A DNA stretch of 64,000 nucleotides from an uncultured candidate division Zixibacteria bacterium (GTDB taxonomy: Bacteria; Zixibacteria; MSB-5A5; GN15; PGXB01). Below the pieces are notes generated by a model. That model was not told the DNA's origin. It saw only the letters and a list, made by a program, of their open reading frames with translations, and did no database searches. Every line of letters starts with the position of its first letter. Position 1 is the first letter of the stretch. The position numbers and the translations under genes are program-made. Location of the stretch: NCBI GenBank assembly GCA_963702205.1, contig OY969724.1, positions 3,872,001 through 3,936,000 of the forward strand. The letters are read 5' to 3'. Shown one piece after another: positions 38,544-49,870 of this stretch.

Positions 38544-40483
38544 TAGATTAAAGCCACGTTTGCCCTTGACGATGAAGCGACCTTATTAAAAAAGTCCCTG
38601 GTCGGTTCATACAAAGCCTGGGGAAAGATCGGTTTGTCAATGGACAAATTGCTGAGGACTACTATTTTCGTCCCGTCATACATACAGTTGCACGAAAAGC
38701 CACCGCCCGGTATGCTCAATTGTTCGGCTTCCGGAAGAGTATATTCGCTGAAGGCGCTATCTGCCGATATTTCGATCATACTCGAATATCTCCTGGGATA
38801 ATTGAAGTCGATGGGGAAAAACCTCTTCGTCTTCTTAAAGGGATTTTCCCTGAAAAAGAACCGAACCGGTGTCAGGAGGGTATTGTTATCGACCTGTACC
38901 GCGTAATCATCGAGCGTGTAAGCGAAAGACAGCACCGCCGACCCTGTACTGTCAAACTCGAAATTATTCGATAACAGCTCATACGATGTTTCAAGGTCGT
39001 CCAGAAAATAATCTTTGACGAATTTTTCCGGATCCGATTCATCGTACTCGCTGGCGTACAGTGCCGCGAGATACCCCTCAAGGTTGACCGACGTCGAACA
39101 ACTGACGGTCCCGTCGCTGTTGTAATGCATCAACGTGCGCTCTTTATCGATGCTCGCAGGACTATTGCAATTTATCTTTATGACCTGGCTGTTGTCATCT
39201 TCGATCTGACACCCCCCGAATACCCTTGACTCAGGCGGCATGGTTCCGAATGGATAGTATTTATAGGAGGCGTCCATAAATACGGGTTCAGAAGCTATGT
39301 CGGCTTTTACGATCATGTGATCGAACTGATCGAGGTGATATATCTGCGGATTGAATATATGAGTATCGCGGGAGCCGATCAGGACGGGCCATACGGTAAT
39401 ATTGGCCTTTTTAAGCAATTCGACCAGCAGCATGTTCTTTTCCTCTCCCGTCCCGACCCGGGTATCCAGAAGCTCGGCCAGATTTTCGTTGGTAAAATAC
39501 GAGTAACTTGCCTTTTCCTGAATTTTATTTTTTACGTAATCGTACAGATACCGGGCCTTATCCATATCGCTGTTTAAACCGGCCGTAAGACTGTCCGCCA
39601 GAGCGGTCAGGACCTCGTCTTTATCGATGCCTTTGTGTTTTCCATCCACGTAACTTCCGATGAATTCATAAACCTGCTGCCCCAGGTCTTTCCAGCCTTT
39701 TATGAATTCCATCTTTCGGCCGCCTCTGAACTGATAGCTGACGATCTGGCTGCTGATGGACGAAACATAATTGCCGATGAAACTCATGTACGGTTCATCT
39801 TTTATTGGGGGCAGATCGTCCAGTTCCCAGGTGTATGAAATAAGCGGATAACTCGGGTCGTCCATATTCGCTATTTTCTCGACTGCGGCCTGCTGCTGGG
39901 TCGGTGACATATTCGTGGCCGCGGTCGTATAGTCGAAGCCGGGCCATAGTACAACATTGAACCTCGATTGCAGCGTATAATACTCGTCATTGAAATTCCA
40001 GGGATCGAGGCTGTAGAACCTGTCGTTGGAATTAGTATATTGATATTCGACAATACACCCGCTGTCGAGCGACGGGAACGCAAAACTCTTGAATTTTATG
40101 CTCCCGGAAGTCTTGGTGAAGAATTTCTTCTTGCTGACTTCATGTTTCTTGCCGCTTGGTTCGATTGTCTGGGCCTTTAAATCCCTGATATTATCATCTT
40201 CATGATAAGAAAAGGTGATGTCGCCGATCTCATCGATCCCGGCCTTGTGGAGTATTTTGGCCCGCACGTGCCGATGAAACAAAATCGCGTCGGGCTTGAC
40301 TTCCATTTTCCCGATATCGAATAGAATTACGACGTTTGCCTCGGGATAATCCCCCGGCGCGCCCACCAGCCATTCCGAATCTTCAACGTCACCCCAATCC
40401 TGACAAAATGTATGAGGCGACAATGAAAAGGCAATGATGATGGACGAGATTATGATACGTCCGAAAATTTTTGATGCCTTCAT
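38540..40483 (-). CDS. DUF3857 / transglutaminase-like secreted protein (catalytic Cys absent)
   Basis: Signal peptide, GCIVEYQY, EPYM, GTGEEKN in place of GDC, FDHMI and FMDAS. Confidence 0.85.
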   Translation of the reverse strand: MKASKIFGRIIISSIIIAFSLSPHTFCQDWGDVEDSEWLVGAPGDYPEANVVILFDIGKMEVKPDAILFHRHVRAKILHKAGIDEIGDITFSYHEDDNIRDLKAQTIEPSGKKHEVSKKKFFTKTSGSIKFKSFAFPSLDSGCIVEYQYTNSNDRFYSLDPWNFNDEYYTLQSRFNVVLWPGFDYTTAATNMSPTQQQAAVEKIANMDDPSYPLISYTWELDDLPPIKDEPYMSFIGNYVSSISSQIVSYQFRGGRKMEFIKGWKDLGQQVYEFIGSYVDGKHKGIDKDEVLTALADSLTAGLNSDMDKARYLYDYVKNKIQEKASYSYFTNENLAELLDTRVGTGEEKNMLLVELLKKANITVWPVLIGSRDTHIFNPQIYHLDQFDHMIVKADIASEPVFMDASYKYYPFGTMPPESRVFGGCQIEDDNSQVIKINCNSPASIDKERTLMHYNSDGTVSCSTSVNLEGYLAALYASEYDESDPEKFVKDYFLDDLETSYELLSNNFEFDSTGSAVLSFAYTLDDYAVQVDNNTLLTPVRFFFRENPFKKTKRFFPIDFNYPRRYSSMIEISADSAFSEYTLPEAEQLSIPGGGFSCNCMYDGTKIVVLSNLSIDKPIFPQALYEPTRDFFNKVASSSRANVALIY

Positions 40484-40694
40484 AGATCCCCCACGAAACA
40501 AATACTAAAATTATTATGATAATATATTTCCAATGTGCCAAATTGCTTTTTGAATGTCAACACAAATATGCCATGTTTTTGGCGCCAGATAAAAATCGCA
40601 AGCGATTGAATTCCCGGATTGGCTGTTTTTAATATGCTTTCATCGATCTTTAAAAAATTGCATAAAGCCGTTTATGATTGGGATTCGATTGGAA

Positions 40695-40722
40695 TTGACA
40701 TAATAATATAATAGACTATATT
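40695..40722 (+). promoter_or_regulatory. Sigma70-type promoter candidate
   Basis: TTGACA-16 nt-TATATT upstream of 40853. Confidence 0.45.
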
Positions 40723-40852
40723 ATATTGTTTCGAATATGATGTGTTATATTAGTTCTGGGAGCGAATCATCGATGCAATAGGATAGAATTTTTCATTTCT
40801 CTTCAGGTTATTATTACCATGTCAATAATGGTTTATAGAGGAGATTACGGCT

Positions 40853-43129
40853 ATGAAAAAGGCAAATATTCTAATTGGCTCATTAATTTGTGCTGTTCTA
40901 TCATCATCCGGCTTCACCGCTATGGCTATTGCCCAGACCAGAGGTGCCTGGGTGGAATACAAATTACCCGGCGATAGGCCCGCCAACTGGGCGCGCATGG
41001 TCGGTGAAAACTGTCTCATATTTGTGGATCGTGAAGAACCTGAAATTTACGCTTTCGATATTAATTCCGCCGAATGGCATACTTACACCGCATCGACAGA
41101 CCTTGAATGGAATTCTCAAATCAAGGTCGGGCGCAATGTTGCTTATGTTTATAACGATGAAATGGTGGTTGTATATAACGGCTTAAATCAGGAATTCGTC
41201 CCGGTATTATATACTGGTACGATGCTGCCGGGGACAACGTACGGTCATGATTGCAGGGCCGACATGGCTTATTTTGTTACTGATCAATATTTTTATGTTT
41301 TTGACGGCGAGGATAATGTTTGGCGGAGCTATAACATATCCGGATTCGGATCGATTCTTCAGTGGGGCGTTTACGGTATAGAAGACTACATATATCTGTA
41401 TCTTAATTCCGACGTCGACAGCAAAAAAATAGTCGCGTACAGTTATATAACAAAGACCTTTGCTGAATACGACGGTGGAGGCTATGTCCAGCATCAGGAA
41501 CTGCAGCACGGATTTATATTTTACAAAAATCAAACACCGTCCGATTCGATGACTCATTTTTTTGCCGGTTATTCGGCGTATTCGGGGAATTATGTGACAC
41601 AACTGGCCCCCAATCATACTCCAGGTTGGAATTCAATGGCAGCCAGAGGCAAACCGGGGACTACATATTTTTTCACCGATAATGAACGGGTCGTTGACAA
41701 TGATTGGCGTCACGATATGTGGGGATTTGACACCCGGTTCGGTAATCTCGTTTACAGCAATTTCAGCTACGATTATGTATGCAATCATGGAATTCATACT
41801 TATGGAGTCGAAGCGGGCTCAAGTGTTGCCTTGGACAGCTATCGGGATTGCGATAACGGAGAGATAACGTATGTAGTTTACAAGGGAAATTCCAACAGCT
41901 TTCAAACCGTACTCGAAGAAGGACTCTACTATCCCACCTGCGGAACCGATGCTGTTGCGCAATGCGGCGGTGAAGTCATCGGGGCTTCCGATTGCGATTA
42001 TATGTGGTTTTTCGATACCGAAAGTTGGCTCGGCAGTAAAGTGGCTCTGCCCGAGCCGGACGACGGCTATTCAAACCCGGCCGGCCAGCGAATGTACGGT
42101 ACCTGGGGAATCGGCGAATGCAAACGGACTCTGTCCGATGACGTTTATCTTTACAGCTATAATAGTAACGGTAATAACATACAGACACAGCACGTCTTAT
42201 GTCAAACCTTATCGGGAAGGCTCGATAGTACAAATGTGGGAGGTTTCTATGCACCTTATCTGGATGGTGACACCGTTCTTTTAATGTATTCACCCGGCAC
42301 CGATACCTGGTTGACCAGGGATTTTTCTACTGAAGGAACGGCCTGGGGGTTCGGCATTAATCGCGACTATATATATTATTATGACTACGGAAGTTCCGGT
42401 CCTATGAATTTATTCGACGGCGTCACCGGGCAGGTAATATCTTTGCCGTTTGGCTGGTCTTATGCCGCCACGGCTTCGAGCAGAAAGTACGCCTCGCCGA
42501 ATTTTATGCTGGCGCATAGTGCTGACGATATGTACAGCGGCTATAGTACCTACACCAGAACGTATAGTCAGTATCCCAGCGAGTATCTGAGCAGCTGGAA
42601 AGGTCAACAGGACCTGGCCGTCGCCTATAAACTCGTCTCCGGCGGAGGCGCCAACGTTTTGGCATATAATGTCTTGTATAACAATTTCGTAATGACACCG
42701 TTTGGGACGGAATACGGGACCTATTTTGATATTTGGGTCGGCGACAAGACTGCATTGATTATGACCTTGCCGGGTTATCTGTTAGCTTGGGACCCGAATG
42801 CCATCACCGTACCTGTTGAAGATGATGATGTCGGAAACGATAATCTGCCCCTTGAGTACAGCCTTTCACAGAATTACCCGAATCCGTTTAATATGTCAAC
42901 CGTGATCAGCTATTCAATTCCAAGGCGATCCGACGTTACCGTCTCGATTATTAATTTGCTTGGACAAAAAATCAAAACTATAGAGATAAAAAATCAGCCG
43001 GCCGGGAAATATGACTATACCTGGGATGGAACCGATCAAGCGGGCAAAGAAGTAGCGAGCGGAATCTATTTCTACCGGGTAAACGACGGCACTCGCTCTA
43101 AAACGAAAAAGATGGTGCTCTTGAAGTAG
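40853..43129 (+). CDS. Secreted beta-rich protein with C-terminal FlgD-Ig / T9SS-type sorting domain
   Basis: Signal peptide, repeated Y/F-D-G..W strands, and a tail LSQNYPNPFN..WDGTD..SGIYFYR..KKMVLLK. Confidence 0.85.
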   Translation: MKKANILIGSLICAVLSSSGFTAMAIAQTRGAWVEYKLPGDRPANWARMVGENCLIFVDREEPEIYAFDINSAEWHTYTASTDLEWNSQIKVGRNVAYVYNDEMVVVYNGLNQEFVPVLYTGTMLPGTTYGHDCRADMAYFVTDQYFYVFDGEDNVWRSYNISGFGSILQWGVYGIEDYIYLYLNSDVDSKKIVAYSYITKTFAEYDGGGYVQHQELQHGFIFYKNQTPSDSMTHFFAGYSAYSGNYVTQLAPNHTPGWNSMAARGKPGTTYFFTDNERVVDNDWRHDMWGFDTRFGNLVYSNFSYDYVCNHGIHTYGVEAGSSVALDSYRDCDNGEITYVVYKGNSNSFQTVLEEGLYYPTCGTDAVAQCGGEVIGASDCDYMWFFDTESWLGSKVALPEPDDGYSNPAGQRMYGTWGIGECKRTLSDDVYLYSYNSNGNNIQTQHVLCQTLSGRLDSTNVGGFYAPYLDGDTVLLMYSPGTDTWLTRDFSTEGTAWGFGINRDYIYYYDYGSSGPMNLFDGVTGQVISLPFGWSYAATASSRKYASPNFMLAHSADDMYSGYSTYTRTYSQYPSEYLSSWKGQQDLAVAYKLVSGGGANVLAYNVLYNNFVMTPFGTEYGTYFDIWVGDKTALIMTLPGYLLAWDPNAITVPVEDDDVGNDNLPLEYSLSQNYPNPFNMSTVISYSIPRRSDVTVSIINLLGQKIKTIEIKNQPAGKYDYTWDGTDQAGKEVASGIYFYRVNDGTRSKTKKMVLLK

Positions 43130-43184
43130 ACGACGCGAACAGGCAAATACGCATTACTATATGCGTAACATAAGCCTGCAATAA

Positions 43185-43229
43185 AAAGCTCCCCGAATTG
43201 GACGAATTTTGCAACTTCTTGCTGCATGA
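43185..43229 (+). repeat. Att-like intergenic motif, copy 1
   Basis: AAAGCTCCCCGAATTGGACGAATTTTGCAACTTCTTGCTGCATGA, 40/45 identical to 62536-62580. Confidence 0.75.
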
Positions 43230-43564
43230 CAAAATACTATAATCGCTATTGGATGTATGCATTTACTATCGAAGTGAAGTCTGAGAATACAAAATTCATA
43301 TAGAGCCATTTAATTAAATGTGTAATTGGACCCATAATATCCGCGTACGGACGCCGTGTCTATTTTTGTCACAAGGCATTTATTCACAATAACTTATATG
43401 ACACGACACCGGGGCAGCGGCCTCCTTGGCCACGGAATATTGCGATTTGACAAAGATTCTTAATCCGAATAACAAATATTGTCATCGTACAATGCGTATT
43501 AAGTGCGTCATTATCACTGCCAGACTACTATTGAAAGCTATATAGATTTTTCAGGAGGTATGTT

Positions 43565-46500
43565 ATGAGGAGCTGCCTAAGGATGTGCCAGAGTATCGGC
43601 CTATCGCTGATTGGCGTTTTTTGTCTCCTTTCTCCGGCGTTTTCGGCATCATTAAGCCCTATACATGACGCCCGGACATCCGCCGGACAGTCTTCCCGCC
43701 CCTTGGCCTTTACAAAGAATATGGGCCAATGGCCGGACAGCATTCTGTTCCGTGCCGACGGCGGCGGGGCAACCATGTGGTTCACCAAAAACGGCATTTA
43801 TTATCAGTATTTTCGAAAAATCGAGAGCTCCGACCCTGCTTCAAAATCGGGGAACGTTGATTTTCCGGACGAATTACAACGCGAGCCTGACAGTGTCGAG
43901 ACGATGATGATCAAAGCCGAGTTTGTCGGCGCCAATCCGGAAGTGGAAGTCTCGGAGCTGAACAGGCTTGAATACAACTGCAATTATTTCCTCGGAAATG
44001 ATCCGTCCGGATGGCGGACAGATGTCGCCAATTATTCCGGAATAAAGATGAAAAATATCTATCGCGGGGTGGATGTCGTCTACCAGAATCAGGACGGCGA
44101 ATTTACATTTATAGTGGAACCCGAATCCGAGGACCGTCTATCTCAGGTTCACGTCATTTACAAGGACGCTTCACAAGCTGAAATCGGCAATGATGAAAGT
44201 CCGGAAATTCAAACGAAGTTCGGGGAAATGTCCTGTTCCGGCATTTTGATTTCCAATGGGTCGAGACGGATAATCAATGAATCATCGCGGCAGGCCGAGT
44301 CATCAACAAACGTATCTCTTGTATACAGTACGTATCTTGGGGGGGCAGATAACGATGAGGGTCGCGGTATCGTTGTGGATACTTCAGAAAATGCGTATGT
44401 CGCAGGAACCACCCTCTCAGCCGATTTCCCAACCAGCGGGCCATATCAAGCCGACCCGGCAGACAGTTATGATGCTTTTGTAACCAAGTTTAATAGCACC
44501 GGAAGCAACCTGGTTTACAGCACTTTTATTGGAGGCGGCGCTTCGGATATCGCATATAATATCGATATTGATTCCTCCGGAAATGCGTATATAACTGGCC
44601 AGACATCGTCTTCAGATTATCCCACTGAAAACCCGTATCAGACAGATCAGGGCAGCAGTGATTTCTTTGTGACGAAGTTAAACAGCTCCGGCAATAGCCT
44701 TATATTCAGCACTTATCTTGGAGGGTCGAGTACCGAACAATTCCCATTTATTGCTGTCGATGCATCTGGAAATGCGTATGTAACCGGGCAAACAAGCTCT
44801 ACCAATTTCCCTACTCTCAATCCTTATCAGACAGACCAGGGATCCGTCGACGCTTTTGTAACAAAATTCTCCAGTTCAGGCAGTCTGATTTATAGTACCC
44901 TATCTTGGTGGAGCATCTACTGATAATGGTTGGAATATAGCTGTTGATGCGACCGGACATGCCTATGTTATCGGCGTGACGACATCAACCGATTTCCCCA
45001 CCGTAAATCCGTACCAGACAGACCCGTCGCCGGGATTTATTTCTGATATTTTCGTTGCCAAACTCAACAGTTCGGGAAACGGCATCGACTATAGCACATA
45101 TATTGGTGGAAGCGGCGATGACGTCGGCAACGGGATAGCTGTCGACGCTTCCGGAAATGCCTATATTATTGGTTGGACAAATTCTACAGATTTCCCCACT
45201 GTAAATCCGTATCAAACAGACCCGGGGGACGCGGAATCAGATATAATTGTGGCGAAACTAAACAACTTGGGCAACGGTTTTCTCTACAGCACTTATCTTG
45301 GAGGCAGCTCTTATGAAACAGGCAACGATATTGCAATCGATGCCTCCGGAAACGCTTATGTAACTGGCGAGACAGGTTCGACTGACTACCCGACCCAAAA
45401 TGAATACCAGACGGACCCTGGAGATGGTCTCGGAGATGCTTTCATAACCAAGCTGGATGTCTCGGGGGGGCTTGGATACAGCACTTATCTCGGTGGATCG
45501 GGTATTGACAGAACCAGAAGCATAACCGTTGACGCCGCAGGTGATGCTTATGTTTGCGGTATTACCACTTCGGCCGATTTCCCTGTTGTAAGCCCTTTTC
45601 AGACTTTCCCGGATGACAACGACGCGGGCAACGCCTTTGTAACCAAGCTCTCTTTGCCGGAACCAAATCGAATACTGAGTTTAGATGATGCGGGCAGTTC
45701 GAGTTTGAGATGGGCCATTGATAATCTGAACGCCGATCCTGATATTGATACATTATTTTTCGATGTTTCGGGCACAATACATCTGGTAACGCCGCTTCCG
45801 ACCATTACCGATGACAGCATTGTAATCCTCGGTTCCTCGGCTCCCGGAGGAGCGTATTCGGTCGTTATCGACGGATCAGGGTTGGCCAAAACCATAAACA
45901 GCGGCCTGATCGTTGCCAGCTCGCATAACAAAATCGAGGGATTAACTATCTCCGGTTTTGCCGGAAACGGGATAGAAATCACCGGCGCAAGCGCTGTCAA
46001 CAATACCATAACCAACAACCTCATCTATGATAATGGGGGGCTGGGGATCGACCTCAATGACGATGGAGTTACAATCAACGATGGCGGCGACGCCGACAAT
46101 GGGCCAAACGATCTGGTTAATTACCCGGAAATCGATTCGCTCATTATGAATCCCGACAGCTCCTTTTGGGTATATGGCCGGGCTTCCGACAGCGGTGTTG
46201 TTGAATTTTTCGTGGCCCATCCTGAAGGCGATATGGCTAAACCGGCTGACCCATCCGGTAATGGTGAAGCATGGTCATTTATAGGTACAGATACCGCTGA
46301 TATAAATGGCAACTTTGACTATCTTATCAATAATACCATCAAGTATTTTTCACTTGTCACCGCGACTTGCACTGATACTATGGGCAATACCTCGGAATTT
46401 TCCCCCAATTTTAACCTGATTCCGACGCCTCTTATTATCGTGGGATATTCGCCGATCAACATTGAGGTAATCAATCCGGCGGGCGACAGCATCGGCAAAC

Positions 46501-46991
46501 TGTCGGATAATACGCCTTTCAATACGATTGGATCCAACGCCACCTATGATGACAATGTGCATGATTCGATTACAATAAACTATCCGATTGAGGGAGACTA
46601 TATAATAATAATTCGTCCCCAGGGCGATCCTCCCTTGGGAGCGCTGTATTCCATTGGCATAACCATTGACGGTTCCCTTCAGGCGATCGTTGCTGACAAT
46701 GCCGATGTCCCCGCATCGGGCACGGCCGATACAATTGGCTATATAGTTGCCGAGGGTTACCACTATATGAATGGTGATGCCTCGCGTGACAGTAATGTAA
46801 ACCTGATAGACATATTATATCTTATCGCATATTTATATGATGAACCGGCAGGCCCTGCTCCCGATCCCATCCTGGCCGGCGATGCCAACTGCGATCAGGC
46901 CCTTAATTTGATTGATATATTATATTTGATTTCTAATTTGTACGATGATCCGCCTGGTCCGGAACCATGTCACTGGGAGAGTCACGAGTAA
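43565..46991 (+). pseudogene. SBBP beta-propeller / beta-helix / dockerin protein split by a +1 frameshift at ~44900
   Basis: In tat agt acc c tat ctt ggt gga, removing one C restores YSTYLGG and gives 1141 aa, versus 1140 aa for the intact paralog at 49871. Confidence 0.85.
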
Positions 46992-47036
46992 TTCAAAACG
47001 AACCCGCCATTTCCAATATAAACTCCGGCGAGAAAA

Positions 47037-47122
47037 ATGGGATGCGCGACAAGCACGCATCCCATTGTATTACAATATGCAACAATTTAAGCTTCCCTAA
47101 CCGTGCAGAACTCAGAACTTAT
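47037..47122 (+). repeat. Terminator-like hairpin followed by att-like motif, copy 2
   Basis: AATGGGATGCG..CGCATCCCATT hairpin, then CCCTAACCGTGCAGAACTCAGAAC (47095-47118), identical to 53400-53423. Confidence 0.65.
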
Positions 47123-47356
47123 CGAATGAAAGTCCATTTGCAAAAATTTCGCTGGCTCTCCATTTGGATAAATAGTGGGTCTATAAGTACATTTAATTAC
47201 TACAAATGGCCGCCCTGTGCAGTTTTAATCGAAATTTCCGCCACTTATGAATCTTTACTTACTTAAATTATTTTTCAAAGGCATTAGTTTTGCATTTCAC
47301 CTTTCAACTTTTATCGAGAAAACATTCTCAGGACGCTCTTTGCGAAATTCATGCTA

Positions 47357-49408
47357 TCAGGGGCATTTGGGTTCGGGTCCGGGCGGATCTCCATAAATAA
47401 AGCCAATCAGGTAAAGAATATCTATCAAATTCATGGACCCATCTGCGTTGGCGTCGCCCGATAGAGGCAAAACCAATGCAGGCTGTATCGAATCGTCATA
47501 GAGGAAGGAGATCATATATGTAATATCCAATAGATTTACGTCATCATCCCCATTTGCATCCCCGCATACCGGGCCGGCCCACTCGTTCAGGAAGCTCAAT
47601 ACTCTTGTCAGCACTTCGTTTCGTGTATTCCAGTTTGCGAAATTGGCAATGCCCTCGTAGCCAAATGAAAAGAATACTGTCTTATAGGCCCCAGAAAAGC
47701 TCACGGCGGAATATGCCGAAGGATCATTGCTGAAACTGAATTCGGGGATTCCACCATTAATGGGAGCGATTTTTTGGGACAAAGAAATGGCCTGTTGCGC
47801 TCCGCCGGAATAGCGGATTTTCAAATTATGGCCAATCGGAGAGCCATCAACACCTTCGTGTTCATACCAGAAGTGCTGCCCATTGTATTCAACATGTAGA
47901 TAGTCATTTAGAAATATCGGGTCTTCGTTATTCAATTCTCCTGCCAACCCTTGTCCCGTCAAAAATAAATTACCGCCATTGTCCAGATAATACTTCATGG
48001 ACGCTATATCAGAAGGCTGCAAAAAGTCATCGGTGCTGTCGCACGTAAACCAGACAACCGTATTATATTTGGCCAATTCTGATCCCGACGGTGATCCATT
48101 ATTGAATTTGTCCCATATATGGACCGGCATGCCTTTAAAACGAAAGTCATAGACATAAAAATATTCGTCATAGGTATTGCCGCGGTCATCATCGACGAGC
48201 AGAACCTGGGTGTGTCCAATTTCGTGTTCCATCATGAAGCTGTGATCATAAACTCCGCTATCCGATTCGATTGTAACAAAAAAGGTATCATAAACTGGAT
48301 GTGCAATATCCGGGATGACGAATTCAAAGGGGATTGACACATTATCGATTGTACCACCGTCCCCAAATGCGGTCTGGTACGATATAGTGTTGTTTATGAA
48401 GGTTATACTCGGGTTGCTGGATGCCATAGTAACCTTGGCATTAGGATCGTCGATGCCTATATTGCGTAGAAAGAAATAAACCTGGGCATTTTCTCCGGGA
48501 TCAAAGAAACCATCATTATTACCGTCGACGAATTGTGTGGAATCCATAATGTAATAAGCACGTGCCCAAATTACGTTTCTGAATACTGTCACACCTAAAA
48601 TACCCCATTGGTTCCCCGGCGCAATCTCACTCCAGTCATACCAATGCATATTATCGTCCCAAGTATCATGGATTCCGAATTCATGAGTATCATCGTTATA
48701 GCCGATACCCGTTACAAAGTGGTCGGTTTCACCGTCACCGTCGGTGTCGACAATAATACCAACGGGCCTGTTATTATCGATTTCATCTTTATAGTCGGAC
48801 CAACTGAAATTAGAAAATACATAATCCAATTCCTGAGGTCTGAGATTCGGTTCGGCCATGGCAACGTATTGAATCAGCGCATTACCGATATCATCCCACC
48901 AGCTCCAGCCGTATTGATTACCCACAGAACTTCTCGATGTCAGCATGAAATCCGCCAGGCAATTATCGGCATGGGCGCCCCCCGTTTCGGATCGATCCGG
49001 TTGTATAGTTCCGAAATCATCTATTGGACAGGCATAATCGTGAAAGTGGTCCGACATAGCAACTTCACACCACGGAGATTGACTGTCGGTCCCAATCATG
49101 GCATCGACGGCAGCCGACTGGGTAGTGGCATCGCCGGGTATAAGGTCAGGAGCGCCATGCGAGTCATAATACCCGACTATCATGCCGATAGCCGTAGGGC
49201 CGCACCCATGATGCCACATATACGCTGGAACTCCGTCGATAACTACCTGGCCGCTTTTATCCGGCCTTTTACCACGATCGATTCCCGGAGGAGGTACCGG
49301 CCCCATGGTCGTGCGCTGAGCGAATACGGCATTTAATGAAACGCCAACAAGGCTGAGAGCCATTAACGCAATAATATGGATTTTTTTGAACTGGTATTTC
49401 TTCACCAT
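47357..49408 (-). CDS. Secreted papain-fold (C39/C10-like) cysteine peptidase with C-terminal dockerin-like domain
   Basis: Putative Cys-His-Asp triad (GCGPTAIGMIVGYYD, DHFVTGIGY, IHDTW). Dockerin repeats GDANGDDDVNLLD and GDANADGSMNLID. Confidence 0.75.
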   Translation of the reverse strand: MVKKYQFKKIHIIALMALSLVGVSLNAVFAQRTTMGPVPPPGIDRGKRPDKSGQVVIDGVPAYMWHHGCGPTAIGMIVGYYDSHGAPDLIPGDATTQSAAVDAMIGTDSQSPWCEVAMSDHFHDYACPIDDFGTIQPDRSETGGAHADNCLADFMLTSRSSVGNQYGWSWWDDIGNALIQYVAMAEPNLRPQELDYVFSNFSWSDYKDEIDNNRPVGIIVDTDGDGETDHFVTGIGYNDDTHEFGIHDTWDDNMHWYDWSEIAPGNQWGILGVTVFRNVIWARAYYIMDSTQFVDGNNDGFFDPGENAQVYFFLRNIGIDDPNAKVTMASSNPSITFINNTISYQTAFGDGGTIDNVSIPFEFVIPDIAHPVYDTFFVTIESDSGVYDHSFMMEHEIGHTQVLLVDDDRGNTYDEYFYVYDFRFKGMPVHIWDKFNNGSPSGSELAKYNTVVWFTCDSTDDFLQPSDIASMKYYLDNGGNLFLTGQGLAGELNNEDPIFLNDYLHVEYNGQHFWYEHEGVDGSPIGHNLKIRYSGGAQQAISLSQKIAPINGGIPEFSFSNDPSAYSAVSFSGAYKTVFFSFGYEGIANFANWNTRNEVLTRVLSFLNEWAGPVCGDANGDDDVNLLDITYMISFLYDDSIQPALVLPLSGDANADGSMNLIDILYLIGFIYGDPPGPEPKCP

Positions 49409-49870
49409 TGGTCCTCTACTTATTGTTTTCGTTTGTCAAAATGTGTTGTGACCGCCAAGTTGTCGGCACCGAAATGATTTATTGTATTAATAAGGCATTT
49501 ATGGACCCATAATGTCAAGTATTTATTTAGATTGCAACAAATTAATTCCTGGATCCCGGAATTGCTGGATGCCTCCGAGTTGATGCTTATTTATCCGGAG
49601 TTCATTAAATCCATACTATTCACTGGGAAGATGGGCCCACAATTTCCAAATAAAAACGCCGTGTCTGTTTTTGTCACAAGACATTTATCAGCAACAACTT
49701 ATATTACATGACCCCGGGGCAGCGGCCCGCTTAACACCCGGAATATTGACATTCGACACAGATTCTTAATCCAGATAACAAATATTGCCATCTTACAATG
49801 CGTATTTAGTGCGTCATTCTCAAGGCCAGACTACTATTGAAAACTTCATAGTTTTTTCAGGAGGTATGTT

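Noticed and set aside
43185..43229. Att-like motifs as intact tRNA genes
   Set aside because: There is only partial resemblance to an antisense acceptor/T-arm, and no cloverleaf can be drawn.
43426..43445. Sigma54-like TGGCCACGGAATATTGC
   Set aside because: The GG-GC spacing is 12 rather than 10, and it is not conserved in the paralogous upstream region.
47278..47294. Sigma54-like AGGCATTAGTTTTGCA
   Set aside because: The GG-N10-GC spacing is correct, but it points into the 3' end of a convergent gene with nothing to transcribe, so it is chance or a remnant.
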